Positions 1 through 8,949 of a DNA stretch of 64,000 bases are shown here, one piece after another. The notes under the pieces are model-generated. The model did not search any database. It worked only from the letters and a program-made list of their open reading frames with translations, and was not told the DNA's origin. Numbering within the stretch: the first letter of the stretch is position 1; the number at the start of each line of letters is the position of its first letter. This DNA is from an uncultured virus (IMG/VR IMGVR_UViG_3300012347_000031). Lineage: Duplodnaviria; Heunggongvirae; Uroviricota; Caudoviricetes. Position numbers and translations under genes: made by a program. Where the stretch lies: IMG/VR virus record IMGVR_UViG_3300012347_000031, one strand, 5' to 3'.

Positions 1-284
1 TCTTCAATGTAGTTTAAGAAGCAGCTGATCGGTAGACCACGCTTGCTGCGACCAAACGAAAGGATTGGAGTAGAGTATGAAAGCCAATGCTTGCTGCTGT
101 GTTCATATAAGCGTTGAGCATGTTCTGGGTTACTGCCGAATTTACTTGATACATAAGCGAATCTTTCCTGTGGAGAGACTTCGTCGTCTCTCATATAACT
201 TTCTTTTAGACGAATCTTACCCAATTCGTCGAACAACTCGTCACGCGAGTAGTCAACCTTAATGCCATGCACAATTGCTTCCAT
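1..284 (-). CDS. nrdA: Ribonucleotide reductase class I alpha subunit, N-terminal part (runs off the window)
   Basis: Not in the ORF track. Hand translation from ATG at 284 gives MEAIVHGIKVDYSRDELFDELGKIRLKESY...SPQERFA...WLSYSTPILSFGRSKRGLPISCFL, with the NrdA STP...LPISCF motif. Follows thyX. Confidence 0.85.
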   Translation of the reverse strand, partial: MEAIVHGIKVDYSRDELFDELGKIRLKESYMRDDEVSPQERFAYVSSKFGSNPEHAQRLYEHSSKHWLSYSTPILSFGRSKRGLPISCFLNYIE

Positions 285-295
285 ATATTTCCTTG

Positions 296-964
296 TTATT
301 CTGATACAAATTCACTCGCCATTGGGAATAGTTCAGAAATAACTCGGGCGCATTCACGTGCGACTTCCATATGTTCTTTCTGTGTCCCATTAGAACTGCG
401 CAATTCGATGAAGTGGATCCAGCTACGTAGTGTACCATTCATGTACATACGTGAGACTGTGTTGCCTTCTGGTAGAATTGCTCGCGCCTGTTCTTTGGCG
501 ATACCCTTTTCGATTGCCTCTGCGTAAGTCGTGCGCACGTAGTCAATCAAGAACTTCTGTTTAGCGTCCCACCATGCTTTCAAAGCGACATCGTCTGTGT
601 CAATAGAGTTTTGACGATTCTTGGTGTCTTGTAGACGTGCTTCACGCAGAACAAAATCTAGATCCTTAGTTGGGTCAGCATAGCGCTGGCTGAACTCTTG
701 GAAAGAGAATGAACGGTGACGCAAGATTTGGCGAGCGATGTCGCGTGTTGTTTCGATTTCGAGACAAGCACTAACCATCTCAAGAGGTGACCAGTGCTTA
801 TGTTTGATCAAGTAGCGAATCAGCTTGTCAGCTGTATCCATATTGAACTGATTGCTTGGGTTGGATACTCGTGCACAGAAAGCAATGAGTTCTTGTGCAT
901 CCATTAAACCTTCGTCGTACATTGCGCGAGAGGGTTTGCTATAACTAATCAATTTTACATTCAT
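296..964 (-). CDS. thyX: FAD-dependent thymidylate synthase
   Basis: ThyX signature RHRSFSFQEFSQRY. Likely start MNVKL at 964, in an ATGA overlap with the primase stop. Confidence 0.95.
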   Translation of the reverse strand: MNVKLISYSKPSRAMYDEGLMDAQELIAFCARVSNPSNQFNMDTADKLIRYLIKHKHWSPLEMVSACLEIETTRDIARQILRHRSFSFQEFSQRYADPTKDLDFVLREARLQDTKNRQNSIDTDDVALKAWWDAKQKFLIDYVRTTYAEAIEKGIAKEQARAILPEGNTVSRMYMNGTLRSWIHFIELRSSNGTQKEHMEVARECARVISELFPMASEFVSE

Positions 965-1986
965 ATTTTCTTCCAAGTACTAAATCTAAGGGTCGCTTCA
1001 ATTCCACTGTAGGTGTTTTTATTTATGATCTCCAAAATCTCCTCTGGAGACTTTCCACCTTTGAGAATCATTTCGTTAATGTCTTTCTGTTCGATCGTAT
1101 CAGGGAACATACAGACACTGTATCCGAGTTTGATATATTTACCGAGTTGTTTGACGATGTCTTTGTTTCTCGGTTCGTTGTCCATCACAATAGTTGCGTT
1201 AGTAAGAAGACGCCTAATAGTAGGGGTGTCAAAACTGGCTCCAGAAACGGCAATGGCGTTTGGTAGGAATAACGAATCAATTGGTCCTTCAACCACGTAG
1301 ATACGTTTGCTGTAGTCGACTCTATCAAGTCCATAAATCTTCTCCTCTGTTTCATCAACCTTGATGGTGTAATACTTAGGCTCTTCATTTCCATACGCTC
1401 TAGCAGAATAAGCAAAACACTTACCAGCTGGAGTGAAGTATGGGATGATCATTCGTGGATGGTCGCCCACAATTGGTTCTTCAAACTTCGGTGTCACTGA
1501 GTTTGTGAACTTCTTGAACTTTGAAGCGAAGTACAACATGCTCCAGAACTGTCTGGGAATCTTACGTTCAAGAAGGTATTTGACAGCAGGGTGCGAAACG
1601 TCCAACGTGTCGAGTCTCTGTAGTGGAGACAAGATGTCGTCTTCGAGTAGTTCTACTGTCTGGGGTTTGGGTAGCATGGGCGCTACCTCTTTATGGTCAT
1701 TGTATCGAGTCGCGCCACCTTTGTAACGCTCCAAGACATACTCATCATAAAGTTGAGTGTCTACATACTTGATCAAGTTACCGATGTTGGTACTGTGACC
1801 ACAGTTGTGACATTTACAGAACAAGTCAGACTTGGTACGATAGATGTAGCCTCGTGCCTTTAACTTGTTCTTTGAACTATCTCCGCACACTGGACATGAA
1901 TAATTCCAGAGATAGTCGTCTTTCTTTTTGAAATTTCTTAGACGCGAGCCGAGAATGGCTGCGTACTTTGCATCAATGTATAACAT
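961..1986 (-). CDS. gp61: DNA primase (T4 gp61-like)
   Basis: Zn finger CPVCGDS...CHNCG and TOPRIM motifs VVEGPIDSLF and MDNEPRN. Confidence 0.95.
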   Translation of the reverse strand: MLYIDAKYAAILGSRLRNFKKKDDYLWNYSCPVCGDSSKNKLKARGYIYRTKSDLFCKCHNCGHSTNIGNLIKYVDTQLYDEYVLERYKGGATRYNDHKEVAPMLPKPQTVELLEDDILSPLQRLDTLDVSHPAVKYLLERKIPRQFWSMLYFASKFKKFTNSVTPKFEEPIVGDHPRMIIPYFTPAGKCFAYSARAYGNEEPKYYTIKVDETEEKIYGLDRVDYSKRIYVVEGPIDSLFLPNAIAVSGASFDTPTIRRLLTNATIVMDNEPRNKDIVKQLGKYIKLGYSVCMFPDTIEQKDINEMILKGGKSPEEILEIINKNTYSGIEATLRFSTWKKI

Positions 1987-2009
1987 AATAACTCCACGTG
2001 TAGAGTCAT

Positions 2010-2038
2010 ATTATACACCATGCAATTTTGCAAAGCAA
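2010..2038 (-). promoter_or_regulatory. sigma70-type promoter for primase-thyX-nrdA
   Basis: TTGCTT-17 bp-TATAAT on the minus strand. Confidence 0.7.
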
Positions 2039-2041
2039 ACT

Positions 2042-2398
2042 TTAGTTGCCAAGAATCTTACCAAGTAGTTCTAAGTGTCCGATTAGATAACCAAGAACGA
2101 TTGCACCACCGACAATCATCCAACGCCATCTTTCAAGAACGTCAACACGATCCTTGATTTCTTTGATGTCTTTTTGAATTTCAATTTGAATTTCGTGATG
2201 CTGTTCTTTTGCAGCTTCTGCTGATTTTGTCAACTTCTTTTCCAATCTCTGATCCATATCATCAATCTTGTCCATGATCTCGCGATTACCTGTTGTAATA
2301 CGAGAGTGAACTTCCTTTACGTCCATTTTAAGGTCTTTGACGTCTTCTTTAATACCTTCGACTTGGATTTCCAATTTCGCAATTCTTTCTGTTTCCAT
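2042..2398 (-). CDS. Coiled-coil protein with C-terminal transmembrane helix (possible lysis or holin-like accessory)
   Basis: Heptad-rich body followed by hydrophobic WMIVGGAIVLGYLIG. Directly downstream of the spanin pair. Confidence 0.5.
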   Translation of the reverse strand: METERIAKLEIQVEGIKEDVKDLKMDVKEVHSRITTGNREIMDKIDDMDQRLEKKLTKSAEAAKEQHHEIQIEIQKDIKEIKDRVDVLERWRWMIVGGAIVLGYLIGHLELLGKILGN

Positions 2399-2402
2399 GG
2401 CG

Positions 2403-2993
2403 TCACTTGTTATAGATTGATTGTTGTTGTTTAACCCAGTCCTGCAACGCCTTCAGTTGCTCGCTCACCTGATGGTAAGTAGTGTAATTCTGAGTTACTG
2501 TTTCTGCGATTCCAGAGAGTTTAACTTTGGAGGCTCCTTCATCAACACCTCTGGTGGAGTCGGGAACTTCATTGCGACTGGCACTGTCGTGGAGCACGAC
2601 GAAACCATTAGGCACAACACACTGAGCATCAGCATCTTTACTGATAAACTTTGGAATTTCTTTGACGATTGCATCACCGTTCTCCTTAACGATTCGGTCA
2701 ACATTTACATATTTTGTAACGACCTTAACAGTAGCATCGGCTGATGCCACTTCTTTTTTAGCCATTTCTAATTTTGCTTCGGCAACTCTGGCTTCCCACT
2801 TCTCTTGATTTGAGATGCCACCTTCCATGTACAAACCAATGATCAACAGAACAGCGCCAGCGATTTGAATCGGCGCTTTGTAGATGTTCATCAAAGGTAT
2901 AAATGTTAGTACCTTAGAAGCAAGAATTCCACCGATGCCGACTAAGACAATCAGGTGGAACACCCAGAACGGGAGATAATCAAGTAGCCACAT
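2403..2993 (-). CDS. Rz-like inner-membrane spanin
   Basis: N-terminal hydrophobic helices, helical periplasmic part with a CVVP motif, and an embedded lipoprotein ORF in another frame. Confidence 0.7.
   Translation of the reverse strand: MWLLDYLPFWVFHLIVLVGIGGILASKVLTFIPLMNIYKAPIQIAGAVLLIIGLYMEGGISNQEKWEARVAEAKLEMAKKEVASADATVKVVTKYVNVDRIVKENGDAIVKEIPKFISKDADAQCVVPNGFVVLHDSASRNEVPDSTRGVDEGASKVKLSGIAETVTQNYTTYHQVSEQLKALQDWVKQQQSIYNK
2495..2674 (-). CDS. Rz1-like outer-membrane spanin lipoprotein embedded in the Rz-like gene
   Basis: AAGGAG lies 7 nt before ATG 2674. Signal peptide MQSSKKFQSLSVKMLMLSVLCLMVSS-C, then a Pro-rich mature peptide STTVPVAMKFPTPPEVLMKEPP. Confidence 0.7.
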   Translation of the reverse strand: MQSSKKFQSLSVKMLMLSVLCLMVSSCSTTVPVAMKFPTPPEVLMKEPPKLNSLESQKQ

Positions 2994-3541
2994 TATGGTT
3001 TAATCTCTGGTATGTTAAGTTGCGGACGACGAGCGATAGTACCTCTGTACTTCTTAATGTCTTTCTTACCCACAACTGGTTCTTTAACAGATGCACCTGC
3101 AGTGTTATTAGTTGGCGCACCACCAACTGCTGCTACACCAACACCTTCTTCTGCCATGAACTTCTTAACTAGAATTTCTTCTTCAGCAAGGATGACATTG
3201 TTGTCTAGAACTTCGACAATCTTAGCGTAGCGTTCTTCCATTAGAGATGTGGTACGTGAACCACTCTCATAGTATTCTTTAACTAGCCACAAAGCTGCGA
3301 CTAGACTTTTCAACTTAGTCTCACCACCAAACTTGTTGATGATTTTCTTCATAGTGAAGACCAAGCGATGTAGGTATGTGTATGCTTCTTTCTCAGCAGA
3401 CGTTGTCAACTCAGCAGACTTCTTAAGGGCTTTACCTTTGGCGTCAATGATACCTAGTTTGAATGCATCTGTGTCTTCAAAGTTAGTGACTAACATTGAA
3501 AGAATTCGAAATGCGATTAGGTTGTCTACGATACGTGCCAT
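2993..3541 (-). CDS. Hypothetical protein of T4-like phages
   Basis: 182 aa ORF, translationally coupled to both neighbours. Confidence 0.6.
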   Translation of the reverse strand: MARIVDNLIAFRILSMLVTNFEDTDAFKLGIIDAKGKALKKSAELTTSAEKEAYTYLHRLVFTMKKIINKFGGETKLKSLVAALWLVKEYYESGSRTTSLMEERYAKIVEVLDNNVILAEEEILVKKFMAEEGVGVAAVGGAPTNNTAGASVKEPVVGKKDIKKYRGTIARRPQLNIPEIKP

Positions 3542-3921
3542 TAAATCTTCCTTAGTGTAGCAACTACTGTTTCATCAAGCGGTATGTCAGATAATATGAT
3601 ACCGAACTCAGGTAAGGTTTCGGGCATTCGTTCGAGGTATACCAAGAACGTAATCAATACAGACCAACATGAACTATCTATCTTATGAAATAGCATTCTA
3701 GTTGCTGCGTCTCCGAAGATGTTATACAATACAATGATGTGATTGAGAATCAATCGTTCTCTTAACTCACCATTAACCCTGTAACGGGATAACAACTTCT
3801 TCAGATAGAGAAACTTCTTCAAGTCCTCTTCGAACTCCTCTAACGAATGACACTGCGGATTATCGTAGTGGTGCATCGCATAAAGGATGAAATTATTATC
3901 AGTCAACTTTTCTTGCATCAT
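3541..3921 (-). CDS. Conserved hypothetical protein of T4-like phages
   Basis: Motif FILYAMHHYDNPQC...ERLILNHII, which I recall from T4-like environmental phages. Late-promoter-like CTAAATA upstream at 3974-3980. Confidence 0.6.
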   Translation of the reverse strand: MMQEKLTDNNFILYAMHHYDNPQCHSLEEFEEDLKKFLYLKKLLSRYRVNGELRERLILNHIIVLYNIFGDAATRMLFHKIDSSCWSVLITFLVYLERMPETLPEFGIILSDIPLDETVVATLRKI

Positions 3922-3935
3922 CTTCCATAACTATC

Positions 3936-3964
3936 AAAAAAGAGGGGAGACAATCTCCCCTCTT
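3936..3964 (-). terminator. Rho-independent terminator
   Basis: AAGAGGGGAGA-ttg-TCTCCCCTCTT followed by a T-run on the minus strand. Confidence 0.8.
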
Positions 3965-3981
3965 GCGTATAATTATTTAGC

Positions 3982-4548
3982 TTAGCTAACGAATGTTAGA
4001 GTAGCAACATCAGATGTTACTTCACCAGCGCCGTTTGCAGAAGTGATCTTAACACGGTATTGATCACCGCTGTTAGCTTCAAGTTGACCTGTTAGAGCCA
4101 ATGAAGAAGATGTTGCATCAGCAACGTTCACGTAGCGTGAAGAACCAACTGACTTAACTTGCCATTGGTATGCTAGAGTACCGCCACCAGAAGACACAGT
4201 AGCTGCTACAGTGAAAGTAGCTGCGCCAGTATCAGTGTCTTGATCAGCAGGTTGAGTACCGATAGTGATAGTGTAAGTAGCGTCAGCTGCCTTAGTATCA
4301 TCAGCGCGATCACCAGCTGCCAAAGCAGTTTCGTTCATCGCAACGATCAACTCAGCCTTATAGCGAGTAGTACCGTGTTGGTCATTGTATGTGTTATACA
4401 ACCACCAACCACCGCTAGTTAGACCACGCTTCTTGTTGGTTGCTTGAGCAGCTTCAGTAGCGTCAACGAACACACACTTAGCTAGATCAGTGTCGTTTAG
4501 ATATTTTGGACGGCTAGCGTCAGCATCAGTTTTACCCCATAGTGCCAT
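3982..4548 (-). CDS. Probable virion surface protein with C-terminal Ig-like domain
   Basis: ITIGTQP...ATFTV...LAYQWQ...YRVKIT...TSDVATLT matches an Ig I-set-like pattern. ATAAATA upstream. Confidence 0.7.
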   Translation of the reverse strand: MALWGKTDADASRPKYLNDTDLAKCVFVDATEAAQATNKKRGLTSGGWWLYNTYNDQHGTTRYKAELIVAMNETALAAGDRADDTKAADATYTITIGTQPADQDTDTGAATFTVAATVSSGGGTLAYQWQVKSVGSSRYVNVADATSSSLALTGQLEANSGDQYRVKITSANGAGEVTSDVATLTFVS

Positions 4549-4580
4549 TTTTATTCTCCTTGAATTTGGACTTTAGTTAT

Positions 4581-5414
4581 TTATTTTGTATGCAACTTAG
4601 AGTTGCCAAGGTTCTTCTTTGGACCAACCTTAGAGCCAACTTTACGTCCAGCTGCTTTCTTTGGTTTGTCGTCAGCATCATCAGCACCTTCTGGGTCTTT
4701 GTATGCGCTGCCGTAATTACCTTTGTGTACATAACGACCATTCTTGTCAACTTCGTACTCGAGTAGTTGAGACATGAATTCTGTGTAAGACTTTTTCTCT
4801 GCCATTAGATTTCCTTCGTTATCGAAATTGACATTATCTTCATTCTGCATAGGCTTCACGGTATACTTGCCGCCGACCTTGTCAATCTTATTACCTTTAT
4901 CAGCATGCGCATCAGCCTTCTTCTTATCATCGAATGCTTTAGAAGAGTTGACATGCTGTCCTTTAGAGTCAGTGTAGTGAACGACATACTTAGTTGCCTC
5001 TTCCAATTCTGCTTCTTCTTTGACTGGTTTAGATGGTTCGCCAGCAACAAACTTTTTACGTTCTTGTTGGTCTTTAAGTTTCTTTGCTAGCTCTGGGTCT
5101 TGACGCAACATCCATCCAGGCTTTGCACCAGTAGCACCTTCATCAACAGACTCAGCTTCTTCTTTGACTGGCTTCTGTTTAGCTTCAGCTTCTTTCTTTT
5201 CACGGGCAAGACGTTCTTGCTTAGCAATACGACCCATGTTCTTTAGGAAAGACGGCTTGTTGTAGTATGGAGTAGCTTCTTCAATAGCTTCAACTTCTTC
5301 CTTCACTGGTTTGTTCTCTGGTTGTGGAGTACCTTCAGTGCCATGAAACACAATCTCGTTTTTAGTAGCCTTAGCCTTCTTAACAGCTTCGGTGATTTCT
5401 TTAAATGTCTTCAT
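4581..5414 (-). CDS. Probable internal head protein (Lys/Glu-rich, repeated KPVKEE)
   Basis: N-terminus MKTFKEITEA resembles the T4 capsid-targeting sequence. Several KPVKEE(A/V)E..(I/V/L)xE repeats resemble gp21 cleavage sites. Confidence 0.55.
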   Translation of the reverse strand: MKTFKEITEAVKKAKATKNEIVFHGTEGTPQPENKPVKEEVEAIEEATPYYNKPSFLKNMGRIAKQERLAREKKEAEAKQKPVKEEAESVDEGATGAKPGWMLRQDPELAKKLKDQQERKKFVAGEPSKPVKEEAELEEATKYVVHYTDSKGQHVNSSKAFDDKKKADAHADKGNKIDKVGGKYTVKPMQNEDNVNFDNEGNLMAEKKSYTEFMSQLLEYEVDKNGRYVHKGNYGSAYKDPEGADDADDKPKKAAGRKVGSKVGPKKNLGNSKLHTK

Positions 5415-5857
5415 TAGTTACCTTTTAGATATGAGCGGATCATCCAACCGTGTTTAGCATGAACGTCTAAACGACCAGCCGCCAAATCAGCTAACCCTTG
5501 TTTTTTATTTGCTGTCGCAACATCGAATAATTTATTTAGGGATTCAATCATCTGGTCATTAGCTGAACCAAGATTCTCTAGCATCTCTTTAACAGACTCT
5601 GGCTTAGAAGAGTCTTCGTCAATAGTGTTGTACTTGTATAGGTCAGAAACGCTATGCGGAGCATACTCATCCAACGCTCTCAATTCTTCAGCGTACTGAT
5701 CGAAGACACCAAACAGGTCTTCGTATAAACCACCAAAGAAGTCGTGCATCTCTTTGAAGTTAGATGCTTCTACATTCCAGTGGTAGGTATGTGCTTTAAA
5801 ATAAGCAACAAAGTCGTTCGCCAGAACGACTCTCAGTGTTTGTTTAAGTTCTTCCAT
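5414..5857 (-). CDS. dps: Dps / ferritin-like protein
   Basis: Dps ferroxidase motifs KAHTYHWNV...HDFF...YE...DQYAEELRAL and HAKHGWMIRS. Confidence 0.9.
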   Translation of the reverse strand: MEELKQTLRVVLANDFVAYFKAHTYHWNVEASNFKEMHDFFGGLYEDLFGVFDQYAEELRALDEYAPHSVSDLYKYNTIDEDSSKPESVKEMLENLGSANDQMIESLNKLFDVATANKKQGLADLAAGRLDVHAKHGWMIRSYLKGN

Positions 5858-5859
5858 TA

Positions 5860-6351
5860 TTAGCTTCCTACTGCATCTGTGTTATCGTAAATAGAGAACT
5901 GAGCAGTTTCAACTTTAGGATTCCAACCTTCTTTTCTCAAGCGAACGATACAGTGACCTTCACCATCGAATGTTAAGCGAATGTCTTTGTTGGCGTATGT
6001 TCTATCAGAAAAACCTGCGGTGTTCCATTCATAAGCACCAGAACCATTTAGATAGTAGTGACCATGCACTGTGTCTGGGTCTGGTGTTGTGTCTAGAATT
6101 CTAGTAATGTCTAACTGTTTACCAGATTTAGTGCCCCACCAAAGACCAGTGATATAAACTCTAGAGCCAGTGTATTCTGCAAAGTGCCCGTCAGTTTCAA
6201 CTGGAACAGATGTTGGCGCGACATATACTTGTGTAGACTTGGTCATATCGTTTTCTAACGATAAGTCAACATTACCACCACCAGTGGATGTGATATAACA
6301 CTTGAAGACGATTTCAGTCTCAGTGTGTTTGATGATGTGTTTTAGTGACAT
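5860..6351 (-). CDS. Hypothetical protein, paralogue of 49483-49908
   Basis: Shares IIKxT near the N-terminus and LRK...KVETAQFSIYD at the C-terminus with the head-cluster ORF. Confidence 0.6.
   Translation of the reverse strand: MSLKHIIKHTETEIVFKCYITSTGGGNVDLSLENDMTKSTQVYVAPTSVPVETDGHFAEYTGSRVYITGLWWGTKSGKQLDITRILDTTPDPDTVHGHYYLNGSGAYEWNTAGFSDRTYANKDIRLTFDGEGHCIVRLRKEGWNPKVETAQFSIYDNTDAVGS
5884..5918. repeat. 35-bp exact direct repeat, second copy at 49507-49541
   Basis: ATCGTAAATAGAGAACTGAGCAGTTTCAACTTTAG is present at both sites. Confidence 0.85.
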
Positions 6352-8906
6352 TAGAATGAAACTCCGCCAGATGGTTTAGTGTACTTGCCGTGGGATAGAC
6401 GAGCCTTCTCAGTGGCACGAACTCGCGCTGTCAACTTCATAGCCACACGTCCGATGACTGCCTTACGCTTAGACAGTGTACGTTCGATACGCTCTTTCTC
6501 AGCAACAGACATTGAGTTGATATCACGACCACGAAGCAAACGTCTCTTCATAGCTTTGATCGCTAGGCGACGAGCGCGTTTGTTAATAACATCGTTTGAA
6601 GAGTGCTTCTTCAAAGCGATCTGAATCTTACGTTCACGGTTGCCTTTAGTGCGAGCAAAACGAGCCTTAGCTTTCATACGCTCTAGCTTAGATAGAACTT
6701 CCATCAAGGCTTCTTCTTTGAAGTCTTCTAGTTCTTCAACTTCTTCACCAGTGTCAGAATCAACTAGAGCCATGTCGTCGTCGCAGTATTCGTTTTCGAT
6801 TTCGTCATCAGACAACTCAGCTACGATCTTATCGATGTCAGCGTCAGTCATTACATCGATTTCGTTCTGGTCGTTGTATGCGTCCATTGGATTCTCAGAA
6901 GTGTCTTCTGCGATCTTAGAACGATTGATGCTCTCGATCTCTTTCTTAACTTTGTGAGTATCGTTGCCAAACTGCTTGTGGTGGTCATGAACTGCTTGTA
7001 GGTAAGCTAGGCGTTTCTTGGCACCTTCTTTACCTTGAAGAACTGAACCCTTGTCCATTGATTGAACTTTCTTCCAAGAGTCAGCCATAGCCTCATCGAT
7101 AACTTCAGCTTCTTCTTTAACTGGCTTCTTTAGAAGTTCTTCACCAGCCTTGCGCTCAGAAGCAGCCTTCTCTTGTTCGCGCTGGAATGCCTTCTGAAGT
7201 TTCATGGCAGCAGTCATGCGTGCTTCTTCAATGTGCTCTTTGAAGTGAGCAATTGCATTAGCTTTCTTACCTTTGGCTTGCAAAGTCTTAGCGGCAGCAT
7301 GGGCTTGATGACCATTATCAAACTTCTTCCATGGCTTACCGTCAATGTGAACAGTATGTGGACGATCCATCAAAGACTTAGCTTTGAACTTAGGCTTGGC
7401 ATGACCTTCATCATCTTCACGCTTCTTCTTAGCAAAGCCAGTGCGGTTGTCGTCGTAGCCGTTACCTTCACCTAAGTGATACTTCACTTTACGGCGACGA
7501 AGGTTGTGGTCTACACCGTCAAAGCTGGCGTGTGGGTGCATTAGACCCATTACAGCAGAAGCAGTAGTGGCGTCATCACCAACAGTTGCGTCCATATCAG
7601 ACTCAGTCTCTTTACCGTCATCTGAAGCAACATCGCTTGGATCGTTAACCTTAGCGCCAATTGCTCTCTTGAAGTCAGCTGGGCGCATCAAAGGCTTCTT
7701 ATTCACTGTAGGAATATCTTCATCGATACCTTTGTTCTTGGCATCTTGCTTTTCTTTCTTCTGTGCAGCGAACAACTTAGCTTTATCAGCAGCTTGCTTA
7801 GCAGACAAGTCAGCTAGCATCTTTTGTTTCTGTGCAGAAGTGATGGCGTCTTCCTTCAACTTAGAAGGTAGGTTGTTGTGGTCAACTTTGATGCCAACTT
7901 CAGATGCCAGAGCAACCATCTTGCTGATGATAGCGATAGCTTCTGGGTTCAATGCCTTAGTCTTAGCCTTACGGAACGCATTGTTGACTAGAACGTCTGG
8001 GCTACCAGATGTCTCTGCGTCTTCGTTACCAAGCATAGTGGCAATGATACGAGCAACTTTAATCTTGTCGTTGGTCTTCAGAGTCTTGTCTGTTAGGTCT
8101 TCGTTCATTTCTGCGCTCTCTACGATTGTTACGTCAGTGATCCACTTGGAAACAAGTTTACCACTTTCTTCTTTTAGTAATAGGTGATTAGTACCGCGCT
8201 TGGCAATAGTGTACTGCATACCATCAGACTCGACGATGTCGCCGATGTTGAAGATGGTGCCGTTGTAGTACTGTTCGCGGATAGTATCTTTAACTAGGTT
8301 CAACTGTTCTTTGATAGGTTCTAGACCCATACCGATACGGATGTCGTTCATCAGACGCTTACCGTCAATGTCACGAACAGTTGATGGCAGACCACGCTTG
8401 AATTCAGCGTAGTTACCTTTGACTGCGATGGCTCTCATCTTAGAGGCAGACATACCAGTTGCGTCATCAGCATCTGGATCGCGCTCACCTGCGGAGATAA
8501 CCTCGATAGTATCGAAGTTGAATTCCTTACCGTTGTAGGTTTGGAGCAGTCGTTTGAATTCTGGGACACGGTCGCTACCAGCAACCATGATAATGTTTTT
8601 GTATTGTGAGTTCAACTGTTTCGCAGCTTCGAGGAATGTGCGAACATGGTCGTTTGCTGCTAAGAAGTTAGTCTTTGGGAACATCAATCGAAGGTACTGA
8701 ACCTTCTTGTCCACTGTAAGTGGGTTCTTCTTAGAGTCTTGGGAACGAGATGCGTAGATAACGTGGTCTGCCTTGCGCTTTGCGGCAAGGACTTTAACTG
8801 CTTGAACAAGCAATTCGTGACCAGTTGTTGGTGGATTGAAACGCCCAAAGGCGAATACTACCGAACGTGCTGGTAGTTCTTTGATTAGTTGTTTGTAGTT
8901 CTTCAT
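6351..8906 (-). CDS. Cytidyltransferase-like (HxGH nucleotidyltransferase) with long low-complexity C-terminal extension
   Basis: FGRFNPPTTGH, VAGSDR and MSASKMR motifs. Start is MKNYKQLIKE (8906) or 8915. Confidence 0.85.
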   Translation of the reverse strand: MKNYKQLIKELPARSVVFAFGRFNPPTTGHELLVQAVKVLAAKRKADHVIYASRSQDSKKNPLTVDKKVQYLRLMFPKTNFLAANDHVRTFLEAAKQLNSQYKNIIMVAGSDRVPEFKRLLQTYNGKEFNFDTIEVISAGERDPDADDATGMSASKMRAIAVKGNYAEFKRGLPSTVRDIDGKRLMNDIRIGMGLEPIKEQLNLVKDTIREQYYNGTIFNIGDIVESDGMQYTIAKRGTNHLLLKEESGKLVSKWITDVTIVESAEMNEDLTDKTLKTNDKIKVARIIATMLGNEDAETSGSPDVLVNNAFRKAKTKALNPEAIAIISKMVALASEVGIKVDHNNLPSKLKEDAITSAQKQKMLADLSAKQAADKAKLFAAQKKEKQDAKNKGIDEDIPTVNKKPLMRPADFKRAIGAKVNDPSDVASDDGKETESDMDATVGDDATTASAVMGLMHPHASFDGVDHNLRRRKVKYHLGEGNGYDDNRTGFAKKKREDDEGHAKPKFKAKSLMDRPHTVHIDGKPWKKFDNGHQAHAAAKTLQAKGKKANAIAHFKEHIEEARMTAAMKLQKAFQREQEKAASERKAGEELLKKPVKEEAEVIDEAMADSWKKVQSMDKGSVLQGKEGAKKRLAYLQAVHDHHKQFGNDTHKVKKEIESINRSKIAEDTSENPMDAYNDQNEIDVMTDADIDKIVAELSDDEIENEYCDDDMALVDSDTGEEVEELEDFKEEALMEVLSKLERMKAKARFARTKGNRERKIQIALKKHSSNDVINKRARRLAIKAMKRRLLRGRDINSMSVAEKERIERTLSKRKAVIGRVAMKLTARVRATEKARLSHGKYTKPSGGVSF

Positions 8907-8949
8907 CGTACCCATTTATAAATTAACCGTTACTATTATTTAGCCATTC

